Source: Nitrososphaerota archaeon (GTDB lineage: Archaea; Thermoproteota; Nitrososphaeria_A; Caldarchaeales; JAVZCJ01). Taken from it: a stretch of 64,000 bases of DNA. A program made the position numbers and the translations under genes. The number at the start of each line of letters is the position of its first letter. The stretch's first letter is position 1. Below the pieces are notes generated by a model. The model saw only the letters and a list, made by a program, of their open reading frames with translations. It did not search any database and was not told the DNA's origin. The stretch covers positions 70,346 through 134,345 of the forward strand of contig JAWAZL010000002.1 in assembly GCA_038817485.1 (NCBI GenBank). Reading direction: 5' to 3'. Shown here in pieces: positions 9,626 to 20,996 of the stretch.

Positions 9626-11266
9626 GTGATTTTTTTGGAAGCTTCAGGTCAACCACCTATTTTAATATTAAAAGAAGGGACTACTAGAACTAGGGGTAGG
9701 CCAGCTCAAAGAAACAATATTGCTGCTGCTAGGATAATTAGTGAAATAATTAAAACTACATTAGGTCCTAAAGGAATGGATAAAATGCTCGTAGATTCTC
9801 TTGGAGATGTAATAGTAACAAATGATGGTGCAACGATTCTTGATAAAATGGACGTGGAACATCCTGCTGCAAAAATGCTTATTGAAGTAGCTAAAACACA
9901 AGATCATATGGTTGGTGATGGAACAACTACTGTTGTTGTAATTACTGGAGAACTTTTAAGAAAAGCTGAAGAATTAATTGAACAAAAGGTTCATCCAACA
10001 ACTATTATTTCCGGCTATAAAAAAGCTTTAGATTTAGCATTAGAATTATTGAACAAATATGCTATTACTATCGATCTTAAAGATAGAGAAATGATTAAAA
10101 AAGTAGTTCTTACATCGATGGCAAGCAAATCTCTTGGTTTTGCAAGAGAACATTTAGCTGATATTGCAATAGATGCTGTCCTTAGTGTTGTAAGAGAGGT
10201 TAATGGAAAATTAAAAGCTGATAAAGATGATATACAAATAATTAAGAAAGAAGGTAAAAGTCTTTTAGAATCGGAATTAGTTAAAGGGATTATTGTTGAT
10301 AAAGAAGTAGTCCATTCTGCTATGCCAAAAAGAATAGAAAATGCAAGAATAGCATTAATAGATGCACCTTTTGAAATAGAAAAAACAGAATTTAGTGCTG
10401 AAATAAGAATAAGAGATCCATCAAAGATTAAGGAATTCCTTGATGAAGAAACAGCTATTCTTAAAAAAATGGTCGATAAGGTAATTTCAACAAAAGCTAA
10501 TGTTGTTTTTTGCCAAAAAGGAATAGATGATGTAGCACAATTCTTTATGGCTAAAGCTGGCATAATGGCTGTTAGACGTGTAAAACAATCTGATATGGAA
10601 AAACTTTCTAAAGCTACGGGTGCAAAAATAGTTACAAATATCGAAGACTTAACAGAAAATGACTTAGGTTATGCTGGAGTAGTTGAGGAATTAAAAATTG
10701 GAGAAGATAGAATGGTATTTGTTAGAGAATGTAAAAATCCAAAGGCAGTATCAATATTAATACGTGCTGGTTTAGAAAGACAAATGGATGAAGCTGAAAG
10801 AGCATTAAATGATGCGATCTTCAACGTAATAAATTTAATTGAAAATAATAAAATAGTTCCTGGTGGAGGAGCTATAGAAACTGCTTTAGCAATGGAAATT
10901 AATGCTAATGCTGGAAAATTGAGTGGACGTGAACAATTAGCTTTTCTTGCATATGCTGAAGCATTAGAAATAGTTCCTAAAACACTAGCTGAGAATGCTG
11001 GCCTTGATCCAATCGAAATTATGACAAACTTAAGGAGTAAACATAAAGGAGATGGTATTAACTATGGTATAGACGTTTTAACAGGTAAAGTTGAAGATAT
11101 GGTTAAAAAAGGAATAGTAGAATCTTTACGCGTAAAAGAACAAACACTAAAATCTTCTTTTGAAGCTGCCGCGATGCTTTTAAGGATAGATGATGTTGTA
11201 GCTGCTTCTAGAAGAAAAGAAGAGAAAGAAAAAGCTAAAACACCATCTGAAACCACACCTGAGTAG
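9626..11266 (+). CDS. ths: Thermosome subunit (group II chaperonin)
   Basis: 546 aa with [24 protein letters not shown] and VPGGGAIE motifs. Confidence 0.93.
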   Translation: MIFLEASGQPPILILKEGTTRTRGRPAQRNNIAAARIISEIIKTTLGPKGMDKMLVDSLGDVIVTNDGATILDKMDVEHPAAKMLIEVAKTQDHMVGDGTTTVVVITGELLRKAEELIEQKVHPTTIISGYKKALDLALELLNKYAITIDLKDREMIKKVVLTSMASKSLGFAREHLADIAIDAVLSVVREVNGKLKADKDDIQIIKKEGKSLLESELVKGIIVDKEVVHSAMPKRIENARIALIDAPFEIEKTEFSAEIRIRDPSKIKEFLDEETAILKKMVDKVISTKANVVFCQKGIDDVAQFFMAKAGIMAVRRVKQSDMEKLSKATGAKIVTNIEDLTENDLGYAGVVEELKIGEDRMVFVRECKNPKAVSILIRAGLERQMDEAERALNDAIFNVINLIENNKIVPGGGAIETALAMEINANAGKLSGREQLAFLAYAEALEIVPKTLAENAGLDPIEIMTNLRSKHKGDGINYGIDVLTGKVEDMVKKGIVESLRVKEQTLKSSFEAAAMLLRIDDVVAASRRKEEKEKAKTPSETTPE

Positions 11267-11348
11267 TAAAATCCTAAATCCTAATTTTTTAGAACATTAT
11301 TTAATAAAATAATAAATTTTAATTTTCTTTTTATAAAATTTATTTTAT

Positions 11349-11440
11349 GCTCCGGTAGTATAGTCCGGTCAAGTATCTCGGCCTTTCGTGTATAAAACAA
11401 AGATAGCCGAGGATCCCGGGTTCAAATCCCGGCCGGAGCA
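11349..11440 (+). tRNA. tRNA-Glu(UUC) with a 16 nt intron at the canonical 37/38 position
   Basis: Acceptor GCTCCGG/CCGGAGC, T arm CCGGG-TTCAAAT-CCCGG, and anticodon stem TCGGC/GCCGA with loop C-T-TTC-G. The insert is TGTATAAAACAAAGAT. CCA is not encoded. Confidence 0.85.
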
Positions 11441-11449
11441 AATTAATTT

Positions 11450-12016
11450 TTATTGATCAAATTTTATGAATTTTTTAAAAGACTTTCCTATTTCTAATCC
11501 TTTCATTAAAGCTTTTAAATTCACTTCCTCAATTTTTCTTGGTAAGTTATTTTTAATAGCTTTTATAGTAGAGTTTAGAGAAATTATTTCAGTAAAACCA
11601 ACAAATACCCCTATCATTATGATATTAGCAGTTCTAGGATATTTTAATTCATAAGAAGCTAATTTTGTAGCTGCTATTCTTAATATATTTGCTTTTTCTT
11701 TATTTTTAAAATCTTCTCTTACCAAATCTTCGTCTACTATTATAATACCATCTTCTTTTACATTTTTAATATAATGATTAAAAGCTTGTTGTGACATTGC
11801 TATTAAAAAATCAGCTTTAATTACTAAAGGATAATCTATTTCTTCATTTGAAATTATAACGTCCGATCTTGTAACTCCACCTCTTGCCTCAGCTCCATAT
11901 AAACGAGTTTGAACTACATTATTCCCATCGTACATTGCTGCCTCAGCTAATATTTTTCCAGCTAATAAAATTCCTTGACCTCCAAAACCTCCTATTATTA
12001 TTTCTATTCTACTCAT
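11450..12016 (-). CDS. 2-oxoacid:ferredoxin oxidoreductase gamma subunit
   Basis: GFGGQGILLAGKILAEAA motif. It is the last gene of a delta-alpha-beta-gamma operon, an order more typical of 2-oxoglutarate (kor) enzymes. Substrate is not determinable here. Confidence 0.85.
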   Translation of the reverse strand: MSRIEIIIGGFGGQGILLAGKILAEAAMYDGNNVVQTRLYGAEARGGVTRSDVIISNEEIDYPLVIKADFLIAMSQQAFNHYIKNVKEDGIIIVDEDLVREDFKNKEKANILRIAATKLASYELKYPRTANIIMIGVFVGFTEIISLNSTIKAIKNNLPRKIEEVNLKALMKGLEIGKSFKKFIKFDQ

Positions 12017-12839
12017 TTTTTTCCCTCGCTTTAATTATTAATTGCTTATATGCTTTAGAAAAACCAATTACTTCTTTATCAACAAATTCTCCAATTATAA
12101 TTTTTTCTTTTAATTCTTTTTCATTCATTGATTTTGCTTTATCTTTATTAATTGAAAGGTCCTTTAACATTAGTAATAGCTTTGCAGGTTCCTGCACATC
12201 AATATACTTTCCATATTGTATAGGACATTGAGAAATAACTTCTATGAAAGAAAACCCCTCTTTTAAAAGTCCTTTTTTTATAGAAGAAATTAATTGTTTT
12301 ATATGAAAAGTTGTCCATCTCGCTACGTATGCTGCTCCAGCAGCTTCAACAAGTTTACATAAATCAAATGGCTGCTCTATGTTTCCATAAGGTGTAGTTG
12401 TGGTTCTCATACCATGTGGGGTTGTAGGTGCAACTTGACCCCCAGTCATTCCATATATTCGGTTATTGACTAAAATTGTTAATATTTCGATATTTCTTCT
12501 TGCTGCATGAATAAGATGATTTCCACCTATCGCTGCCCCATCCCCATCACCAGTAAGAACTATTACTTTTAACTCTGGATTACCCAATTTAACTCCAGTT
12601 GCGAAGGCTATTGGCCTTCCATGTGTTGTATGTAATGTATCGGCATTAATAAGTGTTGAAATCCAACCACTACAACCTATACCTGATACAAAAACTACTT
12701 TCTTTATATCTATTTTTAATTCGTCAATAGCTCTTAATATGCATTGTGCTATTATACCATTTCCGCATCCTGAGCAAAAAGGTTGACGTATTCCTTTTCT
12801 CAAATATCTTGCTAATGGATGTTCATACATTTTACTCAT
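12009..12839 (-). CDS. 2-oxoacid:ferredoxin oxidoreductase beta subunit (TPP-binding)
   Basis: CSGCGNG, GIGCSGW and GDGDGAAIGGNH TPP-binding motifs. Confidence 0.9.
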   Translation of the reverse strand: MSKMYEHPLARYLRKGIRQPFCSGCGNGIIAQCILRAIDELKIDIKKVVFVSGIGCSGWISTLINADTLHTTHGRPIAFATGVKLGNPELKVIVLTGDGDGAAIGGNHLIHAARRNIEILTILVNNRIYGMTGGQVAPTTPHGMRTTTTPYGNIEQPFDLCKLVEAAGAAYVARWTTFHIKQLISSIKKGLLKEGFSFIEVISQCPIQYGKYIDVQEPAKLLLMLKDLSINKDKAKSMNEKELKEKIIIGEFVDKEVIGFSKAYKQLIIKAREKNE

Positions 12840-12840
12840 C

Positions 12841-13995
12841 TCACATTCTTTTTAAATTTTCAATAATATATATTGGATCATGGATAGTACCTAAGATTTC
12901 AGGAGGTAAAAATTTTATCTCTATATCTTTACAAAATATTCTTTTTACTTCATTAATTATTTGACCCATATTATTTTCTAAAACAATAATTTTCTTTATT
13001 TTCCCATTACTAATTATGTTAGATAATATTTCTTCAGGAAAAGGCCATAGTGTTATTAATCTAACATATCCAACTTTTAATCCCATTTTCCTAGCTAACT
13101 TAACAGCATGAATTGCAGATCTAGCTACGCTACCATACGATAAAAGTAATACTTCAGAATCATCTAAGTACTTCACTTCAATTTTGACTATATCATCAAT
13201 ATGTCTATGTATTTTTGCATAAATTTTATGTATTAAATTATTAACATATATTGGATCATAAACATTTCTAATCCCTTTTTCATCATGTGTTGAACCTGTT
13301 ATATGAAGCATATAACCTGATCCTAAAGTTGGCATAGGGGCAATATCTTCGCTAAGGAAAAATTGCTTCTCATTAATTTTTGAAGGTCTTTTTCTATTAA
13401 AAATTTTTATTGAAGATAAATCAGGTATTTCTATATTTTCTATCATATGTCCAATTAAAGCATCTGACAGTATTATAACTGGTACCCGATATTTTTCTGA
13501 TAAATTAAAAGCCTCTATTGTAAGTAAGAATGTGTCTTTAACAGAAGATGGTGCTAAAGCAATTATTTCATATTCTCCATGACTTCCACGTCTAGCTTGA
13601 TATACATCACCTTGCATAGGTAATGCTGGAGTTCCAGTACTTGGACCACACCTTTGAACATCAACTATTACACATGGAGTTTCAGTCATTATAGCATGTC
13701 CTATATTTTCTTGCATTAAAGTAAAACCCGGACCTGATGTTGCTGTCATAGCTTTTAATCCAGCCCATGAAGCTCCTATAACCGAGGCAATGGAGCTTAT
13801 TTCATCTTCCATTTGTATGTAAATGCCCCCAACTTTTGGAAGATAAATAGACATGTATTCAGCTATCTCGTTTGCAGGAGTTATTGGATAAAATGCAAAA
13901 AATCTACATCCAGCAATAATTGCTCCTAATGCACAAGCTTCATTACCCATCATTAAATATTTACCAGGTTTAATAATATCATTTATTTCATTCAT
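12841..13995 (-). CDS. 2-oxoacid:ferredoxin oxidoreductase alpha subunit
   Basis: MGNEACALGAI...YPITPANEI...TSGPGFTLM motifs. I use the ATG at 13995, which overlaps the delta stop codon. Confidence 0.9.
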   Translation of the reverse strand: MNEINDIIKPGKYLMMGNEACALGAIIAGCRFFAFYPITPANEIAEYMSIYLPKVGGIYIQMEDEISSIASVIGASWAGLKAMTATSGPGFTLMQENIGHAIMTETPCVIVDVQRCGPSTGTPALPMQGDVYQARRGSHGEYEIIALAPSSVKDTFLLTIEAFNLSEKYRVPVIILSDALIGHMIENIEIPDLSSIKIFNRKRPSKINEKQFFLSEDIAPMPTLGSGYMLHITGSTHDEKGIRNVYDPIYVNNLIHKIYAKIHRHIDDIVKIEVKYLDDSEVLLLSYGSVARSAIHAVKLARKMGLKVGYVRLITLWPFPEEILSNIISNGKIKKIIVLENNMGQIINEVKRIFCKDIEIKFLPPEILGTIHDPIYIIENLKRM

Positions 13996-14227
13996 TTTTA
14001 TTCCCAATAATATATATTGCAAAATCTGGACAATAATATTCACATATTTTGCAACCGCTACATTTATCTTTATTTATTGGGAAAGGTAAATTAAAACCTT
14101 GCGAAGAAAGTTTATCACTTTTAATTAGAACTTTTAATGGACATAAGGCTATACATATGCCGCAACCTTTACATTTTTTTTCATCTACTACGATCTCTAT
14201 AAATTTACTTTTTATTATAAATACCAC
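13988..14227 (-). CDS. 2-oxoacid:ferredoxin oxidoreductase delta subunit (2x[4Fe-4S] ferredoxin)
   Basis: CKGCGICIALCP and CSGCKICEYYCP cluster motifs. Confidence 0.85.
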   Translation of the reverse strand: MVFIIKSKFIEIVVDEKKCKGCGICIALCPLKVLIKSDKLSSQGFNLPFPINKDKCSGCKICEYYCPDFAIYIIGNKNE

Positions 14228-14236
14228 CTTGTTAAT

Positions 14237-15250
14237 TTATGACTTTTTTATAAAATTCTTGCTTATAGGTGCTGATAATTCAGCTAAATCCAATATATTG
14301 TTAATAATTCCCTCAAATTTTGATATTATTTTTAAAATACTTTCTTTTACGATACTACTTTCTTCTATAGACATAACTTTCTTACCAAACTCATAAATTC
14401 TTTTTAATAATAATTCCTGCTCATGTAGTATTTTAATAACTTCTTCATGATTTTCAGTAATAAAAGCTTCTAAAGATTTATTAAGTAATTCCGTAATTTT
14501 TAAGCTTATATCCTTTAATTCATTAAATTTTTCTCCATTTATTTTTTCTTCTAAAATTTTTATTATTTCTTTTGCGATCTCAACTATCTTATCTCCTGTA
14601 TCTTCAAAAATTTTTGCAACTAATCTTAAATCCATCATTTTTAATGGTGTTAGATTTAATTTTTTTAATGCTTCAGGATCACTAATAGTTGATCTAATAA
14701 CTCTAACTAATATGAAATATTGTCTATTAACTTCTTCATCTCTCTCAATAATTGAATGTATTAAATTTTTATTAGAACTCATAAGAGCCAATGCACAATC
14801 TAATATCATGCTATTTACAAGAACTACTTCTCTCCTTAATACTTTTTCAGGAGCAACTGCTTCTGAATTGAGTAAAATTTGCACCTCAATTTTATTAGAA
14901 CTTTCTTCTGTTATTTCTGCACCTGCCAAACTTCTTACAATTTTTCTAATATCTATAATATTCTCTCTACTGAACATTGTTGAAGATTGAAGTATTATAG
15001 TATCAAAACCTAATAAATAACTACCAATAATATCTCTTCCAGGAGACATACTATCAAAAATAATTATTTCATTTTTTTTCTTATATTCTTCAGGTTTTTC
15101 AATACTTATTGTAAGCGTTCCATTTTCATTTAATTTAATTAGTAAGGGTGTTTTTTTCGAAATTCCTTGCTTTTCAATCCAGCTTTTAGGTAATGTAATA
15201 ATATATGATCCTCCTCCAGTTTTCTGTACACTTCTTCTCCAAAATCTCAT
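14237..15250 (-). CDS. AbrB/SpoVT-domain plus PhoU-domain regulator
   Basis: N-terminal VQKTGGGSYIITLPKSWIEKQG swapped-hairpin motif, followed by two PhoU-like helical repeats. The gap to the oxidoreductase operon is 9 nt. Confidence 0.7.
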   Translation of the reverse strand: MRFWRRSVQKTGGGSYIITLPKSWIEKQGISKKTPLLIKLNENGTLTISIEKPEEYKKKNEIIIFDSMSPGRDIIGSYLLGFDTIILQSSTMFSRENIIDIRKIVRSLAGAEITEESSNKIEVQILLNSEAVAPEKVLRREVVLVNSMILDCALALMSSNKNLIHSIIERDEEVNRQYFILVRVIRSTISDPEALKKLNLTPLKMMDLRLVAKIFEDTGDKIVEIAKEIIKILEEKINGEKFNELKDISLKITELLNKSLEAFITENHEEVIKILHEQELLLKRIYEFGKKVMSIEESSIVKESILKIISKFEGIINNILDLAELSAPISKNFIKKS

Positions 15251-15364
15251 TTTAATACCTAAAATTCCATATACTAAAATAAATATATTTATTAAATCCT
15301 CTATAATCCTATAAATAATTGAAGTAAAAATTAATAAGTAAGTAAAAAAACAAAAACTCTAGAT

Positions 15365-17803
15365 ATGATGAATAAGAAAGAAAAATTAATCTTATGGTTT
15401 GAGGAAGTAAGAAAAGAAGACGTACCATTAGTAGGGGGAAAAAATGCAAATTTAGGAGAAATGATTAATGCAGGGATACCGGTACCGCCAGGTTTTGCAA
15501 TAACTGCTTATGCTTATAAAAAATTCATAACAGAAACAGGGATTGCAGAAAAAATATATGAAATAATAAAAGAAAAAGTAGTAGATCCAAATAATCCAGA
15601 ACAATATGAGCAAGCATCAAAAGAAATAAGAAAATTGATAGAAGCAACTCCAATGCCAAAAGAAATAGAAAATGAAATTAGAAAAGCTTATAAACAATTA
15701 TCAAAAAAAGTAGGAGCTGTAGAAGTATCGGTAGCAGTAAGAAGTAGTGCTACAGCAGAAGATTTACCAGATGCAAGTTTTGCAGGTCAACAAGAAACCT
15801 ATTTAAATGTAAATGGTGAATCTGAAGTATTAGAAAAAGTTCAAAAATGCTGGAGCAGCTTATTTACTCCAAGAGCTATTTTTTATAGAACTCAAAAAGG
15901 TTTTCCTCATGAGAAAGTTCTTATTAGTGTTGCAGTTCAAAAAATGGTTAATTCCCGTTCTGCTGGTGTAATGTTTACGATTAATCCAGTTACTGGAGAT
16001 CGTAATCAAATTGTTATCGAAGGTAATTGGGGTTTAGGGGAAAGTGTTGTTTCAGGTGCTGTTAGCCCAGATGATTTTATTGTTGATAAAAATAATTTTA
16101 ATATAATAGAAAAACGTATTTCAACAAAAACTGTTGAATATATTAGAGATCCAAAAACTGGTAAAACTATTCATGCTACTATTCCTCCTGAAAGACAGAA
16201 TGCTCCTTGTTTAAGTGATGAAGAGATCATTTATCTTGCTAAACTTGCAAAGCGAATAGAAGAACATTATGGAAGGCCACAAGATATTGAATGGGCTATA
16301 GATAAAGATGGAAAATTCCCTGATAATATTTTCATAGTGCAATCTCGACCTGAAACTGTTTGGAGCTTAAAAGAAGAAAAACCTAAAGTTGAAGTAACTA
16401 AAGTTGCTACTCCTACTATTGCTGAAAAAGTAATTGTTGTAAAGGGATTGCCTGCTAGCCCTGGATTATATGCTGGTAAAGCTAAAGTGGTTCTGACAAC
16501 TGAAGATGCTGCTAAACTTATTCAAAAAGGTGATATTCTCGTTACTAAGATGACTAATCCTGATTGGGTTCCATACATGAGAGTAGCTGGTGCGATCGTT
16601 ACTGATGAAGGAGGTATGACTTGTCATGCTGCTATTGTTAGCAGAGAACTCGGTATTCCATGTATTGTAGGCACCGGAAATGCTACTAAAGCTCTTATAA
16701 CAAATAAAGAATATACTGTAGACGCAAAAAGTGGTATTGTTTATGAAGGAATTTTAGAAGAAGTTGTTGCTAAACCTATCATGCCATCTGCTGTAGGTAT
16801 TGAAGCCCCTCTTGCTTTTGCTGAACCTGTACCAATTACTGCTACCAAAATTTATATGAACTTAGGAGTTCCTGAAAAAATTGAAGATTATAAAAATTTG
16901 CCATTTGATGGTATTGGTTTAATGAGAGTTGAATTTATAATGGCAAGCTATATTGGTGAGCATCCAAATTACTTACTCGAAAGCGGTCAAGCTGAAAAAT
17001 TTATTAATAAAATGGCTGAAGGTATTGCTCAAGTTGCTAGGGCTATACAACCACGTCCTGTTGTTGTTAGATTTAGTGATTTTAAAACAAATGAATATAG
17101 ACAATTAAAAGGCGGGGAAAAATACGAGCCTACTGAAGATAATCCTATGCTTGGCTGGAGAGGAGTATCTCGTTATATTAGTCCGCAATATGAAAAAGCA
17201 TTTAGACTTGAATGTAAAGCTATTAAAAAAGTTAGGGATGAATGGGGCTTGAAAAATGTTTGGGTTATGCTTCCTTTTGTTAGATGTACATGGGAAGTTG
17301 AGGAATGCTTAAGAATCATGAAAGAAGAAGGCTTAGAGAGAAGTAGAGATTTCAAGATTTGGTTAATGGCAGAAGTACCATCGATAATATTCATGGCTGA
17401 TGAATTTTCTGAGCTTTGTGATGGCTTTTCTATTGGTAGTAATGATCTGACACAATTAATTTTAGGTACTGATAGAGACTCTGCTATTTTACCAGCGATA
17501 GATTCCCGTTACTTTGATGAACGAGATCCGGCTGTTAAACGTGCTATCGCCCACCTGATCGAAACTGCTCATAAAAAAGGTGTTACTGTGAGCATCTGTG
17601 GTCAAGCTCCAAGTGTGTATCCAGAATTTACTGAATTTTTAATTCGTTGCGGAATCGATAGTGTGAGTGTTAACCCTGATGTTGTTATTCAAACTAGAAA
17701 ACTTGTTGCTAGTATTGAACAAAAAATATTGCTCGAACGTCTTGCTGAGCTTAGAGATAAAGCAGGTATAAAATCTAAAGAAAAATATGAATTTAGCTTT
17801 TAA
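15365..17803 (+). CDS. ppsA: Phosphoenolpyruvate synthase (pyruvate, water dikinase)
   Basis: 812 aa with VAVRSSATAEDLPDASFAGQQETYLNV, the phosphohistidine motif GGMTCHAAIVSRELGIPCIVG, and C-terminal GSNDLTQL and ICGQAP. Confidence 0.93.
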   Translation: MMNKKEKLILWFEEVRKEDVPLVGGKNANLGEMINAGIPVPPGFAITAYAYKKFITETGIAEKIYEIIKEKVVDPNNPEQYEQASKEIRKLIEATPMPKEIENEIRKAYKQLSKKVGAVEVSVAVRSSATAEDLPDASFAGQQETYLNVNGESEVLEKVQKCWSSLFTPRAIFYRTQKGFPHEKVLISVAVQKMVNSRSAGVMFTINPVTGDRNQIVIEGNWGLGESVVSGAVSPDDFIVDKNNFNIIEKRISTKTVEYIRDPKTGKTIHATIPPERQNAPCLSDEEIIYLAKLAKRIEEHYGRPQDIEWAIDKDGKFPDNIFIVQSRPETVWSLKEEKPKVEVTKVATPTIAEKVIVVKGLPASPGLYAGKAKVVLTTEDAAKLIQKGDILVTKMTNPDWVPYMRVAGAIVTDEGGMTCHAAIVSRELGIPCIVGTGNATKALITNKEYTVDAKSGIVYEGILEEVVAKPIMPSAVGIEAPLAFAEPVPITATKIYMNLGVPEKIEDYKNLPFDGIGLMRVEFIMASYIGEHPNYLLESGQAEKFINKMAEGIAQVARAIQPRPVVVRFSDFKTNEYRQLKGGEKYEPTEDNPMLGWRGVSRYISPQYEKAFRLECKAIKKVRDEWGLKNVWVMLPFVRCTWEVEECLRIMKEEGLERSRDFKIWLMAEVPSIIFMADEFSELCDGFSIGSNDLTQLILGTDRDSAILPAIDSRYFDERDPAVKRAIAHLIETAHKKGVTVSICGQAPSVYPEFTEFLIRCGIDSVSVNPDVVIQTRKLVASIEQKILLERLAELRDKAGIKSKEKYEFSF

Positions 17804-18399
17804 CTTTAATGTATCTCGCTCTTATTTTTGTGTATTCTTTTAAAAATATACTATGTTATTTTAGATAGAATTTATCTTAATATTCACATCATCCACAATA
17901 TCTTTTTTTAATATTCTTAAGCAAACCAGTGCAAGAAAACACTTTCATTCTGGTTACCTAAAACTAATACTAATAATTATTAATATTATTTAAATTTTTT
18001 AATTAAATAAGAGAACTAAAATGTTTTTATGAAAAGATAATGATAGCCATACGCTTGCTTTTAATCAACTTTTCTCTATAAGCTGAGACTCTACTATTCC
18101 AGAATTGAGTTTGGAACTTTTACTCTACAATCATTTTTAATCATGATTATTAACAACTCACTAGAACAGAGTGATGACTTAGCTTTTGCTTAATCTTCTA
18201 CTTAAAATGCAATTGTGATTTTAAGATTAAAACTTAAATTGACCTTAAATCTAGATAAAATTAGTTGATATTAACTCTAAGTACGATAAAGGAACAATAG
18301 TAATAGAAGGTTGATCTTATTATCTTAAACTACTCCTTAATATTATAGATTTGCAAATTAATAAACAAGGAAACTTAAGTTTAAAGTGTTTGTTTAAAA

Positions 18400-18942
18400 G
18401 TGATTAGAATGGAAAGAGTAATCTATACGATTGGGCATTCGAACAGAGATTTGAACACATTCATATTTATACTAAAAAAGTTCAATATCAATGTTTTAAT
18501 CGATGTTAGAAGGTTTCCAAGTTCTAAATTAGCTTGGTTTAAGAGAGATTACTTAAAGAGTGAATTAAAAAGTTTTGAAATTAATTACATTTCTATCCCT
18601 GAATTAGGTGCACTTGGTGTATCGAAGTATGTCACACCCCTCCAAAATATAAATTGTATAAGTTCTTCAACATTCAAATCCTACATTACTTATTTATTAT
18701 CAAATTCAATAGCTAAATCTAAAATTCATGAAATAGTTGATATGTTGAATAGAGGTTTAAAATTATGTTTAATGTGTCGTGAAAGATTTCCCTGGAAATG
18801 TCACAGATACTATTTGAGTGATTATTTAAAAGCCATGAAAATTGATGTTTTACATTTAATTGATCAAGATAGAATATATGTTCATAAAGGTTCTAGATGC
18901 TATGGATACATTTCAAGTAAGATAATGCAAAGAAATTGTTAG
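18400..18942 (+). CDS. DUF488-family protein
   Basis: IYTIGHSNRDLNTF...NVLIDVRRFPSS is the characteristic DUF488 N-terminus. Confidence 0.7.
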   Translation: MIRMERVIYTIGHSNRDLNTFIFILKKFNINVLIDVRRFPSSKLAWFKRDYLKSELKSFEINYISIPELGALGVSKYVTPLQNINCISSSTFKSYITYLLSNSIAKSKIHEIVDMLNRGLKLCLMCRERFPWKCHRYYLSDYLKAMKIDVLHLIDQDRIYVHKGSRCYGYISSKIMQRNC

Positions 18943-19709
18943 AGATTTACCCATCCTTTATCTATTTTGAATTCCTCAATTATATTACTCCTTAACCTGA
19001 GTTTATTATAAATTACAATCCTTATTTCAAAAGCTACATTTTCAAACTATTTAAGTTATTTCAAAAGAACTTTTTCTAGAATTCTAATACAAATACTCCA
19101 TTAATAATTGTCTTTTTTATCTTTTCTATTTTCAAGGAATTTTTTAATTTTTCAATATCTTTAATTAAGAAGAATTTAAAATATTACAATATCATAAACT
19201 AAATTTATTTTACTTCATTTTTAAAATTATATATTATGAATTAATAAAAAGATCTTTTAGAAACTCTTCATAACTATCTTTCATTTAAACATCTCTGAAA
19301 GTCTTCTTTTAAAACTATATTTTTCAAGGGGAAACTTAAGTAGCTTCTTAAGTTTTTCATCTACTATGACAACAATGTTCTCCCTCTCTAAGTTTCTTTT
19401 CTCACCTTACCTTTATTGATGAGTACCTAAACCCTTCTTATTAACTGTGCCCAAAAACCTTAAACCTTTTTTAGTCTTTTTCGCTAAATGAAACCTGTAA
19501 CCATCTAAAGTTATAATATCATATTATACCTTATCCAAAGTTTATTTTAACATGCCTCAAATGCCATTTATACAAATACTCTGGCAACCCTTTCTCTCTT
19601 ACAATTATTTGAATATTGATTTTCCTTGATTTAAAAAATTATAATTAGTTTTTCCTCTTATGAAAAAAGTATTTATATAAAAAACATTCAAATTTTATAA
19701 AATTCAGTT

Positions 19710-20996
19710 TTAAATTACATCATATTTTTTTAAAAACTCCTCACTTGCTTCTATTATTTTTTCTATATTTGATTTTTCATGTGGTAAAGATATATAAAAA
19801 TGCACTTCATTAGGAGTCATTGCTATTATCCCTTTAGAAATTAAATAATGAAAATATTTCTTCTCAATTTCTTTATTCTTTGCTTTGTTTGTAGTTCTTA
19901 TATCTTTTACTTTTTCTTTTGTAAAATGCAATTTAATCATTGAACCAAAACCAGTAACACAGCCTTTACCTATTTCCTCAACTATTTCTTCTAACCCTTT
20001 CTTAAGTTTATTCCCTAAATTATTTATATGCTCATATAAACTTCTTTTCTCATATTCTTTTGTAGCATAATATCCTGCACGCATAACTAATGGATTTCCA
20101 CTGTAAGTCCCTCCTTGCATTACAAATTCTTTTTTATTAGGATGTTTTAAATGATCCATAAGATCCATTATTTCTCTTTTCCCTCCAAATGCTCCTACTG
20201 GAAATTCTCCCCCACCAACAGCTTTTCCAAATGTAGTTAAATCAGGAATAACTCCAAATACTTCTTGTGCTCCACCTGGAGCAATTCTAAAACCTGTTAT
20301 TACTTCATCAAAAATCAATAAAGTTCCAGTTTCATTACAAACTTCTCTTAATTCTTTTAGAAATTCTATATCTGCTGGTATCGATTCTCCACCCATAATT
20401 GGCTCAATGATTACACAAGCTAATTCCTCCTTTTTTATTATTTTTATAGCTTCTGAATTATTAAAAGGTAAGATTATGGTATTTTCTATAGATAAAGGAT
20501 CAATTCCTGCAGATTCAATTTCTTTACTTGGGCCTTCCATTCCTACGTATAATGGTTCATAAATACCATGAAAATTCCCCTCAAATTTCCCAATTTTTAA
20601 TCTTTTTGTATATGCTCTTGCAAGTCTTATTGCATGCATATTTGCTTCTGTTCCACTATTAGTAAATCTAACCATTTCAACACTTGGAACAAGCTTTACT
20701 ATTTGTTCTGCTAATTTTACTTCCCATTCATTACATAAACCAAAATGAAAACCATATTCAATTTGATCTTTTACTGCATTTATTATTGCTGAATGCATAT
20801 GTCCAAGTACTAAAGCTCCATGACCCATCCAAAAATCAATATATTCTCTATTTTCAAAATCAATAACTTTATTTCCATATGCTTTTTTTACATAAAATGG
20901 ATATGGTTCAAAAAATCTAAAAGGGCGTGTTACTCCTGCTGGTATTACTTTTTTTGCTCTTTCATACATAATCCTAGAATTTTCTTCATATTCCAT
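19710..20996 (-). CDS. hemL: Class III PLP aminotransferase, glutamate-1-semialdehyde 2,1-aminomutase-like
   Basis: 428 aa with FTNSGTEANMHAIRLAR, LIFDEVITGFR and TFGKAVGGG (PLP lysine) motifs. Confidence 0.75.
   Translation of the reverse strand: MEYEENSRIMYERAKKVIPAGVTRPFRFFEPYPFYVKKAYGNKVIDFENREYIDFWMGHGALVLGHMHSAIINAVKDQIEYGFHFGLCNEWEVKLAEQIVKLVPSVEMVRFTNSGTEANMHAIRLARAYTKRLKIGKFEGNFHGIYEPLYVGMEGPSKEIESAGIDPLSIENTIILPFNNSEAIKIIKKEELACVIIEPIMGGESIPADIEFLKELREVCNETGTLLIFDEVITGFRIAPGGAQEVFGVIPDLTTFGKAVGGGEFPVGAFGGKREIMDLMDHLKHPNKKEFVMQGGTYSGNPLVMRAGYYATKEYEKRSLYEHINNLGNKLKKGLEEIVEEIGKGCVTGFGSMIKLHFTKEKVKDIRTTNKAKNKEIEKKYFHYLISKGIIAMTPNEVHFYISLPHEKSNIEKIIEASEEFLKKYDVI

Noticed and set aside
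18160-18260. GTGATGA (a box C-like heptamer) at about 18169, considered as a C/D box sRNA. A similar check was made on AATGACGA at about 63631.
   Set aside because: No CTGA D or D' boxes at the required spacing, no terminal stem, and at 18169 no GC enrichment.
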